From positions 31,322,464 to 31,386,463 of the forward strand of contig NC_043011.1 of the NCBI RefSeq assembly GCF_006345805.1: DNA of 64,000 bases, given 5' to 3'. Positions within the stretch are counted from its first letter, which is position 1. Every line of letters begins with the position of its first letter. The position numbers and the translations under genes were made by a program. Shown one piece after another: positions 12,465 to 25,778 of the stretch. The stretch comes from Octopus sinensis (Eukaryota). The notes under the pieces were generated by a model that saw only the letters and a list, made by a program, of their open reading frames with translations, was not told the origin of the DNA and searched no databases.

Positions 12465-13030
12465 TTGGGTTGTCCAGAAAGTTCATACCGACTTTTAAAG
12501 GAAAGAAAAAGGTCAATAAACACTTGGCATTAGATTTTTAATCAACCAAATATGAACCATTTTGTTACACAATGCATCTCCATCTTCCCTTTAACTTGAA
12601 AATACCCTCTTCCCAGAATTGAGGTGGTTTCATGGCAAAGAATTCATCAAGGTATCTTTTTATGTCATCCAAGGAATTGAAATTTTTATCCTTAAGACTA
12701 TTCTGCAGAGACCTGAATAAATGGAAATCCAAAGGAGCAATATCTGGTGAATATGGAGGGTGGGGTAACACATCCCAGCCGAGCTGCAGCAATTTTTGTC
12801 TGGTTCCCAAAGCATCAAGTGCCTAAGATGAACTTTCTTATCTTCCATTTTAAAGGGTTACAGAATTAACACAGGTTGTAGGAACATAAGCCTTCTTCCA
12901 CGAAAAGATAGCTTAAATTGTGCTCTAAATGGAGGTGTAGTCAAATCCTATTTTATGGACTCAACCATGTTCTAAAATAAGTCGAAAGGTAAGCTACTAT
13001 AAATCGACACGAACTTTCTGGACATCCCAA
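12465..13030 (-). mobile_element. Internally deleted mariner transposon
   Basis: TIRs ttgggttgtccagaaagttc / gaactttctggacatcccaa, TA flanks; LGWDVLPHPPYSPDIAPLDFHLFRSLQN transposase C-terminus. Confidence 0.92.
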
Positions 13031-13384
13031 TAGTTATCATACTTTTGTCAATTGAAGGTGATGAATGACAGAGTCAGTAGAGTATCAGATGAAATATTTT
13101 GTGGTATTTGATTATGTTTCTTTACAGCAATGTACAGAAAGCTTCTTCAGGTCGACACAGGCAGATTTTGTCTTTTATTAGTTTTGAGGTATTCTAGCAT
13201 GGCTGCAGTTCAGTGACTGGAACCAGGAAAAAATGAAAAAAAGCAAAGGCTTGGCTGTGTGGTAAGAAGTTTGTTTCCCCACCACATGGTTCTAGGGTCC
13301 TACTATTAGTCCTGGGTGGACCAAAGCCTTATGAGTAGATTTGGCAGATAGAAACTGAAAAGGTACCTGTTGTACCTATCTCTT

Positions 13385-13415
<31 letters not shown>

Positions 13416-13658
13416 ATCTATCAATCCATCAATCCACACAGACACACACAGAGATTTGGCAGACAAAAACTGAAGTGTATGTGTGTTTTTGTGTGTGTAT
13501 GTGTGTGTGTGTGTGTGTGTCTTTGTGCTTGTGTTTGTCCCTCACCTCTGCTTGACAACTGGTGTTGGTGTGCTAACGTCCCTATAAGTTAGCAGTTTGG
13601 CAAAAGTGACCGATAGAATAAGTACCAGGCTTTACAAAAAATAAGTTCAACTAAAGTT

Positions 13659-13718
<60 letters not shown>

Positions 13719-13844
13719 ATATCTACATCTATTTATCCGTCTGTCTGTCTGTCTGTCTGTCTACCTACTTATCTATCTATCTACCTATCTACCTACCTAC
13801 CTTCTTGTCTGTCTGTTTATGTACGTATGTATGTATGTATGTAC

Positions 13845-13875
<31 letters not shown>

Positions 13876-14174
13876 TGTATGTATCTATTTGTATATGACA
13901 GGCTTCCATACAGTTTCTGTAGACTAAATTAATTCACAAGGTATTGGTTGGCCTGGAGCTATAGTAGAAGACATTTGCCCGAGGTGCCATGCAGTGGGAC
14001 TGAACCGGAAACCACAGTTTGCAAAGTGAGCTTCTTGACCACATAGTTAAGGAAACTGGAATATGCTTCTATGCTCAAGACAGACTTTGACGTAAATTTT
14101 ACTAGCAAGAATAACCCTTTCAATACTAACCACCTAAAACCACCTTCAATCCTGTGATATAAAATTTCTTGATT

Positions 14175-14397
14175 TAATCCTTTAGCATTTAAAGCAGCCA
14201 TATCTAGCCCAAATATTCTACTTGTTTTATGTTCAAATTGGCCAGAACTGGCATGTCACACCTACCCTAAAATGTCATTCTAAGAATAAACAATCACATC
14301 ATCAAAATCTCAAAGCTATCAATGCATGATTAATTCAAAATGATATGAATAAATAAGCATTACATCTGGCAGAGTAATACGAACACTAAAGGGTTAA
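14175..14397. mobile_element. piggyBac-like MITE (TTAA flanks)
   Basis: ttaatcctttag...ctaaagggttaa; same family as 49463-49691 in opposite orientation. Confidence 0.7.
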
Positions 14398-14477
14398 AAG
14401 GATTTAAATAGAAACCTTCAATCAAAAGTTTATTGTTCATTTATGTTCTAAGCACCAGTTTAATAAGAACAAAATTT

Positions 14478-15138
14478 GGATCTTTCCCTTTTGACCTGCA
14501 GATTTTAAAAATAATTTTTTGTAACTAAACACTTTCAAACTTTGGGCACTGGTAGAATGTGTCATATAAAACATCTTTTACTCTTAGCATTTTTGAGAAA
14601 AACTTATATTTACAAAGTTATTTCACGTTAAAGTTCTCATATTTTGGTAATTTCAACCAATCAATGACGTGTATTCAGCTGAATAAAATTACTGCTGTTG
14701 TTTGTCAACAAGAACTTCCAGTGGTGTATATTTCGTTTGTCACTGTTATTTATGACAACCCTAACCCTAAAACCCTAACCCTGACCCTAAAACCTTAACC
14801 CTAACCCTAAAACCCCAACCCTGACCCTAAAACCTTAAAACCAGTACAAATGCACAAACGATGTCATAAATAACAGTGACAAACGAAAAATACATCGCCG
14901 ATAGTTGTTGACAAACAACGGCAGTAATTTTATTCAGCTGAATGCACGTCATTGATTGGTTGAAATTACCGAAATATGAGAACTTCAATGTGAAATAACT
15001 TCGTAAATATAAGTTTTTCTCAAGAATGCTAGGAGTAAAAAATGTTTTATATGACACATTCTACCAGTGTCCGAAGTTTGAAAGTGTTTAGTTACAAACA
15101 ATTATTTTTTAAGTCTGTAGGTCAAAAAGTAAAGATCC
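14478..15138. mobile_element. Palindromic MITE with ~280-bp TIRs, GGATC termini, 8-bp TSD and telomeric-repeat spacer (Merlin-like)
   Basis: TSD CAAAATTT at 14470-77 and 15139-46; arms reverse-complementary; degenerate (CCCTAA)n at 14757-14842. Confidence 0.88.
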
Positions 15139-15607
15139 CAAAATTTTTCAACACATTCTTTGACTTTTTTTTGTTTTAGTCATGAGACTGTGGCCATGCT
15201 GGAGCACTGCCTCGATGAATTTTTAGTCGAATGAATCAACTGCAATACTTTTTTAAAAGATTTTTTTAGGCCTGGTATCTATTTTATTGATCTCTTTTGC
15301 CAAACCACTAAGTTAAGGGGATGTAAATACTCCAACACCGGTTGTCAAGCAGTGGTGGGGGACAAACAAAACACAGACACATACTGGCACGCATGCACAC
15401 ATGCACATGCGCACATACACACACAGACTCACCCCCCCCACACATGACGGGCTTCTTTCAGTTTCCATCTTCCAAATCCACTGACAAGGCTTTGGTTGGC
15501 CTGAGGCTATAATAGAAGACACTTGCCCAAGGTGCCACGCAGTGGAACTGAACCTAGAACCATGTGGTTGGGAAGCAAACTTCTTACCACACAAGCATGC
15601 CTGATTA

Positions 15608-15824
15608 TACTCTTTTACTCTTTTACTTGTTTCAGTCATTTGACTGTGGCCATGCTGGAGCACCGCCTTTAGTAGAGCAAATCAACCCCCTGGACTTATT
15701 CTTTGTAAGCCTAGTACTTATTCTATTGGTCTCTTTTGTCGAACTGCTAAGTTACAAGGACATAAACACACCAGCATCGGTTGTCAAGTGATTTGGGGGG
15801 ACAAACACAGACACACAAATATTT

Positions 15825-15855
<31 letters not shown>

Positions 15856-16012
15856 CATATATACGACAGGCTTCTTTCAGTTTCCATCACAAGGCTTCGG
15901 TCGGCCTGAGGCTATAGTAGAAGACACTTGCCCAAGGTGCCACATAGTGGGACTGAACCTAGAACCATGTGGTTGGTAAGCAAGCTACTTACCACACAGC
16001 CACTCCTACGCC
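15608..16012 (-). mobile_element. SINE family A, near full length (second copy adjacent at 15170-15600)
   Basis: Head and tail as for family A. Confidence 0.85.
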
Positions 16013-16361
16013 TAAATTTTCAAAATTTATTGCCACAAATGCAGTGCATTTCAACAGAATTACTGTAACAAAATGGTTGAAAGAGTTCAACTGAAGAAGT
16101 TCATTTGCTGTGAAAAGTGAAAATTCTAGCATTCCATGCTTTTGCACTTCACCTGAAAGTGATCAAGTGGCCGAGAGTGACCAAGGGCTGTTTCTTTGGC
16201 TGCAAGTTAGTTGTGGTTGAGGCCGGTCGTTATTTGTTTTCTCATTCATAATTTTACTCTCATAATGCTAGAGTTTTGTAAAGAACTACAAACATTCCAT
16301 TCATTTATGCTAATTAGGAAAAGATCATTAATTTTCTCTGGTTTTTTTTTTTGTACTTTAG

Positions 16362-16456
16362 GTGTAATTCAACCTAAAAGTTTAAGGCAAACCACAGACA
16401 AAGACAGCTTTAGACTTTCATTACCAAAATTTAAAAAACAGAACACCATTGTGCCG
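16362..16456 (+). CDS. MYCBPAP: MYCBPAP exon (VIQPKSLRQTTDKDSFRLSLPKFKKQNTIVP)
   Basis: Poly-T tract plus tttAG acceptor, GTAAGT donor, 95 nt (2+93). Confidence 0.75.
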
Positions 16457-17312
16457 GTAAGTTTCAAATTTTAACCTATGAAGTATTAGTAAAACAGTTG
16501 CTTCTTTACTAAAAGAAATGCTATGCAGCGTGTGTGTGTAGGGGAGGGGGTTTATATATATATTGTGGCGAGCTGGCAGAAACGTTAGCACGCCGGGCGA
16601 AAATACGTAGCCATATTTCGTCTGCCGTTATGTTCTGAGTTCAAATTCCTCCGAGGTCAACTTTGCCTTTCATCCTTTCGGGGTCGATAAATTAAGTACG
16701 AGTTACACACTGGGGTCAATATAATCGACTTAATCCGTTTGTCTATCCTTGTTTGTCCCCTCTGTGTTTAGCCCCTTGCGAGAGGCCTTTTGTCACCAGC
16801 AGAGGTAAGAGCTCTACTCTAGCAGTTACACTTTCAGCACACCCGCCCCCGCTACTGACTTGGTCACCTAGGTAACGGAAGCTATCAACTATTTCTAGTT
16901 TTTCTCCCTGGAATGTGGCAGAAGTTGGTCTCAGAACATTTTCAGTATTTTCCGTTATATATACATATATATTAGTTAATATATATACATATATATTAGT
17001 TTAATATATATGTAGGGTGATGTAGTGTGATGTGGTGTTTGTGGTGTTATGGGCTGTGATGAGCTATGTGGTGTTGGTGGAGAGGGCTGCAGATGAGGTA
17101 AATGGAAGTGAAAAAAAAAAAAAAAGCAGGTGTGGCGAGTTGGATGAGAGACGGCAGCATGCAACGACATATTTATTCTTGACAGTGATTGCTCATTCCG
17201 CCTAGGTCAACAGGTAAGGTCTCTGTAGTTCTTTCTCCCTTTTGCTTCTTTTTCTGTTATCTTTTCCTCCATCACACTACATATATATTAAACTAATATA
17301 TATGTATATATA

Positions 17313-17541
17313 GGCGGCGAGCTGGCAGAAACATTAGCATGCCGGGTGAAATGCTTTGTGGCATTTTGTCTGCCGTTACGTTGTGAGTTCAAATTCCGCT
17401 GAGGTCGACTTTGCCTTTCATCCTTTCAGGGTCGATAAATTAAGTACCAGTTATGCACTGAGGGTCCATGGAATCGACTTAATCGCTTTGTCTGTCCTTG
17501 TTTGTCCCCTCTGTGTTTCACCCCTTGTGGGTAGTAAAGAA
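17313..17541 (+). mobile_element. SINE family B (tRNA-like head, Meta-domain-like core)
   Basis: ggcggcgagctggcagaa...gagttcaaattcc...gactttgcctttcatcctttc.gggtcgataaattaagtaccag; many copies (16566, 33340-34310, 39695-40200, 60240-60690). Confidence 0.8.
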
Positions 17542-17562
17542 ATATATATATGTATATATAAC

Positions 17563-18543
17563 GGAAAACACTGAAAATGCTCTGAGACCAACTTCTTCCA
17601 CATTCCAGGGAGAAAAACTAGAAATAGTTGATAGCTTCCGTTACCTAGGTGACCAAGTCAGTAGCAGGGGTGGGTGTGCTGAAAGTGTAACTGCTAGAGT
17701 AAGAATAGCTTGGGCAAAGTTCAGAGAGCTCTTACCTCTGCTGGTGACAGAAGGCCTCTTGCTCAGAGTAAAAGGCAGACTGTATGACGCGTGTGTATGA
17801 ACAGCCATGCTACATGGCAGTGAAACATGGGCCATGACTGCTGAGGATATGCGTAAGCTCGCAAGAAATGAAGCCAGTATGCTCCAATGGATGTGTAATG
17901 TCAGTGTTCATACTCGACAGAGTGTAAGTACCTTGAGAGAAAAGCTGGACCTAAGAAGCATTAGTTGTGGTGTGCAAGAGAGACGTTTACGCTGGTATGG
18001 TCATGTGGCGAGAATGGATGAATATAGTTGTGTGAAAAAGTGCCATACCCTAGCAGTTGAGGGAACCTGTGGAAGAGGCAGACCCAGGAAAACCTGGGAC
18101 GAGGTGGTGAAGCACAACCTTCGAACTTTAGGTCTCACTGAAGAAATGACTAGAGGCCGAGACCTTTGGAAGTGTGCTGTGCATGAGAAGACCCAGCAGG
18201 ACAAGTGAGACCATAACCCAGGTTGTGCCAGTCCACTTATGCATACCTTTCCTTCTGGGGACACAAAACTTTACTTGTGAAGACCTGTTGAGGCAAGTGA
18301 GAATCGAAATCGATCAACATCTATGGAAATTGCAGCTGTGATACCAGTGCAGGTGGCACGTAAAAAGCACCCACTACACTCATGGAGTGGTTGGCGTTAG
18401 GAAGGGCATCCAGCCGTAGAAACATTGCCAGATCAGACTGGGCCCGGTGCAGCCTTCTGGCTTCCCAGACCTCAGTTGAACCGTCCAACCCATGCTAGTA
18501 TGGAAAGCGGACGCTAAACGATGATGATGATGATGATGATGAT
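17563..18543 (+). mobile_element. 5'-truncated RTE-clade LINE (RT C-terminus plus 3' UTR, (GAT)n tail)
   Basis: LEIVDSFRYLGD...ARVRIAWAKFREL...MLHGSETW...RRLRWYGHVARM...GRGRPRKTW; one premature stop; tail ends in (GAT)n. Confidence 0.9.
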
Positions 18544-19352
18544 ATATATATAGAATTGAACAGCCGAAATTTGCTATGATGATTCGGTGTCTGACTGAAG
18601 ATTGAAGGCTTCGAATGATTTGTCTGTGTTCCGTGTTTGTCCCTTCCTGTATTTCACGTTCTTTATATATAAAACATTTATTCTTATATATATATATGTA
18701 TATATTTAAATATATATATTATATATATATATATATAGTGAGAGAGAGAGAGAGAGAGAGAGAGATAAAGATTCAATTAAATGTACTTGGGCTTGGTATA
18801 TAAAATATATATGCATACATATATAAATGTAAATATATATAGAGATATGTATGTAGAGAGGAACAAAAGCTGAAAATATTCAGATGGTGAACATTCATGT
18901 ATAAGCATATAAATATTTCTATATTTACAGAGCAGATTTACATAGAGTACAAAAAATACAGAAAACTAAGTGGAGAGGGCATGGTGTTTCAGGTCCAACA
19001 GCTGTTGCTGTGGGCTCAGAAATACATAATAGTTGTAATCTCGGCTGATGCAGAAAAAGTCAAGGATATGCAACCAGTAGTGGATGCGTATAAAGATTAC
19101 TGAAATTGGCCCTTGTCCTCAGGATGAAAGCAAGGGTTAACCTTGGTGGAATTTTAACTTAGAACATAAAGACAAAACTTGAATTTAGAATGTAATACTG
19201 CTAAGCATTTTTGCCTAGTGCGGTAACAATTTTGCCAGCTTGCTATCTTAGTATTCCTTAATATTGAACCTTTTCTACCTACTTTCACAAAATACTGCTG
19301 TTTGCTAACATCTTTCCTAAAGAAATAAGGACTATATTCTGTGTTCTTCTAG

Positions 19353-19477
19353 GATTTCCAATATCTTCAAGTGAAGGGACAACCAATTGGTGGGCCATCT
19401 GAAAATGAAACAGTCCATAGTACAGTGACGGATTCAAAAGATTTTGCGGAAGGATTACCAAAAGCTACAGTAGCGAG
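19353..19477 (+). CDS. MYCBPAP: MYCBPAP exon (DFQYLQVKGQPIGGPSENETVHSTVTDSKDFAEGLPKATVAS)
   Basis: ttcttctAG acceptor, AG|GTATAT donor, 125 nt; DxxxLxVxG recalls MYCBPAP DIDGLEVVG. Confidence 0.8.
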
Positions 19478-20500
19478 GTATATAACAGTTTCTTCTTTGT
19501 TGCTGTTTTGGCCTAACTACTGCAAAATCTAGTTGATCTATGATCAGAGCAGCTCAAGTCATGGCCATCTTGTTTTTGTCTGTATCTATGACTACATTGT
19601 GGTCAATGTGTTGTCCTTGCACTGACCCTTCGTATATACCAGCAATGCATCATACTGTAACCTAGTGTGAAGTGTATGAATGAATTTTATTATTTAATAA
19701 ACACAATATATGTTTTTATGTGCTACTTTTAGTTTCATATGCTGAGAACATGACAAACATTGAGAACATGACAAACAAACAGCCAATATCCTGAGAACAT
19801 GTCAAACAAACATCTAATGCCTCAGCACAATCATCAGACACTGCTCACATGGCATTACAAACTAAAAATAGGACGAGAGAAAAAGCAAGAAAAGGCAAGA
19901 AAGAAGTATAAGGTTGAAAAACTGGAAAACAAAAAAGTAATCAGAAAGAAACAAAAGGGGAATAAGAGTTATTTCCCTTTGATCCTAAATTATAAGACTG
20001 AAAAGATTGTGGCTAGGACCTATAGCACAGTTATTTAATTCAGTGGGGGAGGTATTTCCCAATTCTTCAACAGGAACTTAGCTATATGCTTACAACCGCT
20101 GAAAATTTTGGATCTAGAGTTCAGTAGTGAGTTAGAGATTTTGATCTGAAAATGATCTGAGTTCTTTCAGCTATGGATAGCTTACATTTTTTTTTGATCC
20201 ATTAGCATATAGTGTAGATTTTTTAACTATTTCCTGTCGTATGTAGTGTTGTGTTTAGTTTCAAGCTTCATATGTGGCTAGCCAACTTGGTAGCTTTGCT
20301 TTTGTCAGAAAAGTTGGAAGAAGGTACTTTAAGATGTCCAGCATGACTCTGTGGTTAAGATGCTTGCATTGCAACCACATGGTTTCAGGTTCAGTCCCAC
20401 TGCATGGAACCTTGGGCAAGTGTCTTCTACTACAACTCTGGACCAACCAATGCCTTGTAAGTGAATCTGATAGACAAAAACTATGTGGACGTGCATCATA

Positions 20501-20537
<37 letters not shown>

Positions 20538-20821
20538 ATATGTGTGCATTTGTGTTTTGTCCTCCTCTGTTTGACAACCAGTGTTGGTTTGTTTATGTCC
20601 CCATAATTTAGTTGTTTGGCACATGAGATTGATAGAAGAAATACCAGGCTTAAAAATAGTTACTGTGGCCAATTTGTTCAACTAAAACTCTTTGAGGTGT
20701 TGCCACTGCATGGTTGCAGTTCAACAACTGAAATAAATAAAAGGATAAAAAGATAAACCTTGAGCTTTGCTCTTGTTCTTCCCACATTCACATTGTTATT
20801 TCATCTCTTGATTCCTTTTAG

Positions 20822-21047
20822 TAAGCAAAGTACAATGGCTTCTGAAGTTGCAGATGACGAAAATCTCATAACTGGTCCAGCTTTACTACTCAATGGTCGA
20901 CAAGTGAACTGGTTCTTGGACCCTAATGACCCACCAGAAAACAGTTTGGAATTCATGTTCTATTTTGAAGCACTTCTTGATCAAAAAGACAAATCTTGTA
21001 TGTTTATTCAGAATAATGGTACCACAGCTATATTTTACAAGTGGAAA
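20822..21047 (+). CDS. MYCBPAP: MYCBPAP exon, start of Ig-like (ASH-type) region (KQSTMA...ITGPALLLNGRQVNW...NNGTTAIFYKWK)
   Basis: ccttttAG acceptor, GTATGT donor, 226 nt; GPALLLNG..W and NNGTTAIFYKW match recalled MYCBPAP GPSLLFCG..W and NNGTVAIWYDW. Confidence 0.9.
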
Positions 21048-21261
21048 GTATGTAATATTTCGTTTATATTGGGTTTCTCTTACATTTAGATTATGGCTAT
21101 GTGGAAGGGCTTTTGAGCTGTTAAAAGAGAGGAAAGAAAGGGGAAAGTTTTATATTACTAGAACAACTGGTTTACATGTCTAGGGACAAATTTTATGGGG
21201 AATTTCTTTGTCTTTTATCTGATCAAAGTTAATAAAACTGGATTGTGTCATATGCTAAACG

Positions 21262-21563
21262 TTGCCCTTTTCAAGCCTACTCAGGCTCATGGGCCCGGTT
21301 TCCCGGTTTCTGTAGCGTATGTGTTCCCCCCAGCTGGATGGGATGCCAGTCCATTGCAGTGTTACTCAAGAAACAAGAAGAGAGAGTGAGAGAAAGTTGT
21401 GGCAAAAGAGTACAACAGGGGTCGCCACCACCCCCTGCCGGAGCCTTGTGGAGCTTTTAGGTGTTTTTGCTCAATAAACACACACAATGCCCGGTCTGGG
21501 AATCGAAACTGCGATCCTCCGACCGTGAGTCCGCTGCCCTAACCACTGGGCCATTGCACCTCC
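21262..21563 (-). mobile_element. SINE family C, tail type c (also 40224-40525)
   Basis: Same head and body; tail ...gaaaccgggaaaccgggcccatgagcc...cttgaaaagggca. Confidence 0.85.
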
Positions 21564-24174
21564 ACTGGATTGTGTCATAGTGTAACTATATTGAATTTCA
21601 GTTCAGCGGTACTGCTGTATGAACCTTCTTCACACGTAGCTCACTATGGATTTCTGTATTTGGAAAGTTCCTCTCCAAAGCCTAGCCACAAGCAGGGTTC
21701 CCTTTTTGAAGAAGACTGAAGTTGCTCATCATGCAAGTTCCCTGTCTCCTTGCCACTGATAATGTCCATGGCTGATACACCTTGGCATCAGTGTCCAGTC
21801 CTACAACCTGGACTGGTACTCTTTTATCAACTTCAGGATGAGAAACTAAGCTGACCTTAAGATTTGAACTCAAAGTTCAGAGAGCTAGAACGATTAACAT
21901 AGTGTATTCTAACTGAAACTCTAACAACTTAGTCAAGTCACCACTCACAACAGTACAGTGGCTATACAATAATCTTGTTATAGTGTAATGAAGTGTAACT
22001 TTACTGTAATGTTTTACTGGTTAGCTTAGAGAATAGAGGCAAATTAACTGAGTAATTAGCATGTAGGATAGAATGCTTTGCACTGAGTTCAAATCCTGCT
22101 GAGGTGAACATTTTCATTTATTCTCTCAGCATTGATAAAAATATTGCCAGTCAAGGATGAAAGATTGGAGGACTTATGTGTGCACCAAGCAAGATGTCTT
22201 ATAGTATCATTTCTGGGTTTGTGCATTCTGAGTTAAAATTCTGCTGAGATCAACTTGGTCTTTCATCCTTTAAGAGTTAATGAAGAAAAAGTACCTTTCA
22301 TGGATTGGAAGATTTGCTTATGGATTCTGACCCATTTTTTTATCTATGGACCTCTTTGATTATTATTTTATTCTGGTGTACCCCCCATAGTCATTCAATG
22401 TTTAAGAACTAGTTTTGTAGAAACTTCTTACAAAATTCCTGTTTTATTTTTCACACATTAACTCATGTAGATTGACTTATGTAAAATATTAGAGAAAGAA
22501 ACCCAGCTGTTTCTTGTAATAAATACCTATACATACATCTAAAGCAAAAACTTTTCGGGGACCCTTAAAATATTCTGGATCCCCAATTTAGAATTCTGTT
22601 GTGTGAACCCCCAAAAATCTTATATGGTCCCTCAGTTGCTCTATGGATTCCAGTTGAAACCATTGTACAGCTTTACAACTTTACAAGATGCTTTTACAGA
22701 ATGTGTTCAGGCTCAGTACATTTTGAGTTCAAATCTTACTTGTTCTGTTAGGAGTTGCAGCCTACAGATAGTATCAGAAATTTGAAGAACCAATGCAAAC
22801 CACATTTCTTTGATTCAGTCTATCCATGAGAGGTACTTTTTTTTTATCATTGACTCCTAAAGGATGAAAGACCAAGTTGACCTCAGCAAGATTTGAACTC
22901 AGAATGCTCAGACCCAGAAATGATACTATAAGACATCTTGTTTGATGTTCAAACTAATCACCCAATCCTACTGCCACTGCCACCATCCCTGCCACTACTG
23001 TTGCTGCTGCCACCATCACAGTGATGAGAAATGGTAGTGTCTGTGGCTTTTCTAGTATCTCTGATATCAGTAAATAGTGATAGAGTTAATGAATGCCAGT
23101 TTATAGGTTTTTAAATCATTGTAGTTATATGTAGAAGAGACAGGAAGAATACTCAACTTGATAGGAGGCTAGTGGAGGATAGTGGGATGACATGAGGATG
23201 ACATAATACAGGGAATACAAGAGAGAACAAGTGATTATATCAAAATGAAGTGACAAAGTGAGAATTTAGATTCATGTTGCATTATTGAATGTAATGTTTT
23301 TGGTGAGTGAAATGTTTATCTTTCATTAATAATCTTGTCAATAATTCTTCTTAACCCTTTTGGGAATATATTTCTGCCAATGAATTGTCCGTCTACCCTA
23401 GTTAACTTACCCACTTTGTTGTCCTGGCTCTCCCCCATCACCATATCCTAGAAAATCTTATGAGAGACTAAATCTAGTATGATGTATAGTGATATAACTA
23501 AAGGCTGTACACTCTAAAAAAATTTTTCCCAGTTTTATTTTCTTTCCTCTTCAATCCCACCCTTGTATGTCCCTGCACCAAAAGATTGCCCCCACAAAAT
23601 CTAGCAGCATTCATTAAAGATAAACTTCAATTCATCAGCAATTGTTTTATCCAGCATCATTCACACGCCCCCTCCATCTTTTTTGCCATCCTTAAGGTGA
23701 CAAGCTGGCAGAATCATTAGCATACTGGACAAAACGCTTAGTGGCATGTCTTCCAGATTTTTATGTTCAGTGTTCAAATGTTGCTGAGGACAATTTTGCC
23801 CCTCATCTTTTTTGAGTGTTGGTAAAATAAGTACCAGTTGAGTACTGGAGTAGATGAAATCAACTAGCCCTCTACCCCCAAAGTGACAATGTGCTTCAAT
23901 TCATTTTGGAAATAATCAAGAATTTGAATGAGTTTACTATAAAATAGTAACACCTTTATTATTAAGATATTGGAAGGTAGTGAAATGGCTGAATCATTAG
24001 TGTGTCAGACAAAATGCTGAGTGACATTTCTTCATGCTCTTTACATTCAAACAACCAATTCCTCCCACTAAAAATTTCTAGCTTTGTGCCAAAATTTGAA
24101 ACCATTATTAATCCTGACAATAGTTTTTCATTAACTCTTTTGTGAATATATTTCTAAGTAAATTATATTGACTA

Positions 24175-25067
24175 TGGGTAATCCCAAAAGTAAGGTCTCC
24201 AAAGCACTGGGGATGCAGGGAAACTGTGCATGTGGCTATTGGCAACACTGTTGTGTTTGTTGTGCATGCACCTGCACCTGCCCCTGTGTGTGCCTCACTG
24301 TCATGCTCAGTCTTGGCTTGGCAATTGTATCTGATGGAGTTCTCGATTGACGCTACCACCAAGTGTGAAGTTTGCACAGTTATTCAGTTTTTGAATGCAA
24401 AAGGCATTAAACCGATTGAAATTCATTGTCAATTAACGAAAGTGTACGGTAAGGTGTACATGGATGTCAAAAACGTCTGCAAGTGGTGTAGGGGGTTTGC
24501 AGGTGGTCATACTGAAATTCACATTGAAGAAAGAAGTGGAGTGACCATCAATTTCTGACAAGACAGTTGCAAAGGTTGAGCAAATCCTGCATGAAGATTA
24601 GGGGATCACTCTGGATTATCTTCACATTTTGGTTCTTGAGGTTTCCCAAAGCACCATTCATAGGGTTTTGAGTGAAAATTTGCAATATCGGAAGATGTGT
24701 GCAAGATGGGTCCCATAAATGCTCATAGAAGACCATAAATGGCAACCCACCTTATAGTCTGGACTTGGCACCCAGTGACTACCACCTGTTCCCTAAGTTG
24801 AAAGAACATTTGGCTGGAACATGCTTCAGCAATGATGACAAGGTGAAAGATGAGGTTAACACTTCCTCAATGACATGGTGGTGAGCTGGTATGGCATGGT
24901 TTTATAAAAACTGACCCGGTGCCTACAAAAGTGCATCGACTGAAATGGTGGTTATGTAGAAAAATAGATAAATGTTCAAACTTTAAAATGATGTAAACAT
25001 CATTGACAATAAACATTTCTGTGATTTCTAAATATTTTTGGAGACCTTACTTTTGGGATTATCCTTA
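24175..25067 (+). mobile_element. Degenerate, internally deleted mariner transposon
   Basis: TIRs gggtaatcccaaaagtaaggtctccaaa / tttggagaccttacttttgggattatcc; VIQFLNAKGIKPIEIH...KWCRGF...EERSG, ARWVP, PPYSLDLAPSDYHLFPKLKEHL. Confidence 0.9.
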
Positions 25068-25361
25068 TAATTAAGAATTTGAAAGGATTTAGTATAAAAT
25101 AAGATTTTTTTTTTATTATTGGAACATAACAGAATTAACAGACAGTTCTTATATAAAATTCTTATGCAAGCTGTTTTAATTTAGACATGTACACTTTAAA
25201 TATTGCATTTTTATTGTATCGAACTGGGGATAATCTTTGATGTTCTTAGGATCCCTAACCATAAAGGTTAATACAGTAAAAATTCATTTTTTTTTCACTC
25301 CAGATATCTCTTAACTTTTTATTATCCATCTGAGATCTTGAAACAATTCTCTTATTTCCAG

Positions 25362-25434
25362 AAACTTTTCAAAGACAACCCGTTCAACCCTTTCCAAAGA
25401 CAACACCAATATTTCTATTTCAATGATTCAGATG
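25362..25434 (+). CDS. MYCBPAP: MYCBPAP exon (KLFKDNPFNPFQRQHQYFYFNDSDG)
   Basis: tttccAG acceptor, G|GTAAAT donor, 73 nt; QYFYFNDSDG matches recalled QRFYFDNREG. Confidence 0.88.
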
Positions 25435-25734
25435 GTAAATATTTGATTTTTGTAACATTGAGACAAATGAATTGTTGCTAGCTAAGCAGTTTTTTTACCC
25501 TCATTTTAATTTTTTTTTTAATTTTTTTTTTTTTAATAACTTCAGTACAAGGCAGGGCTATTTGTTTAAGAAGTTCATTTTGTAATCTCATGGCTTCTGG
25601 CTCATTCCCTCTGTTTGGCATTATGGGCAAGATTTTCTATTGTCAAGGGATAACCAATATCTTGTGTCTTGGGATTGAAATTATCTGACAGAAACTGTTA
25701 GGAAACCCACTATATGTGTGTGTGTGTATGTATG

Positions 25735-25778
<44 letters not shown>

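Noticed and set aside
14757-14842. Chromosome end or fusion site
   Set aside because: The CCCTAA array is internal to a TSD-bounded MITE.
14559-15057. Pair of similar opposing ORFs (MSYKT...)
   Set aside because: By-product of the palindromic MITE arms.
19800-19850. Minus-strand CTGATGA (also at 62815-62822)
   Set aside because: No properly placed GAAA or stem III.
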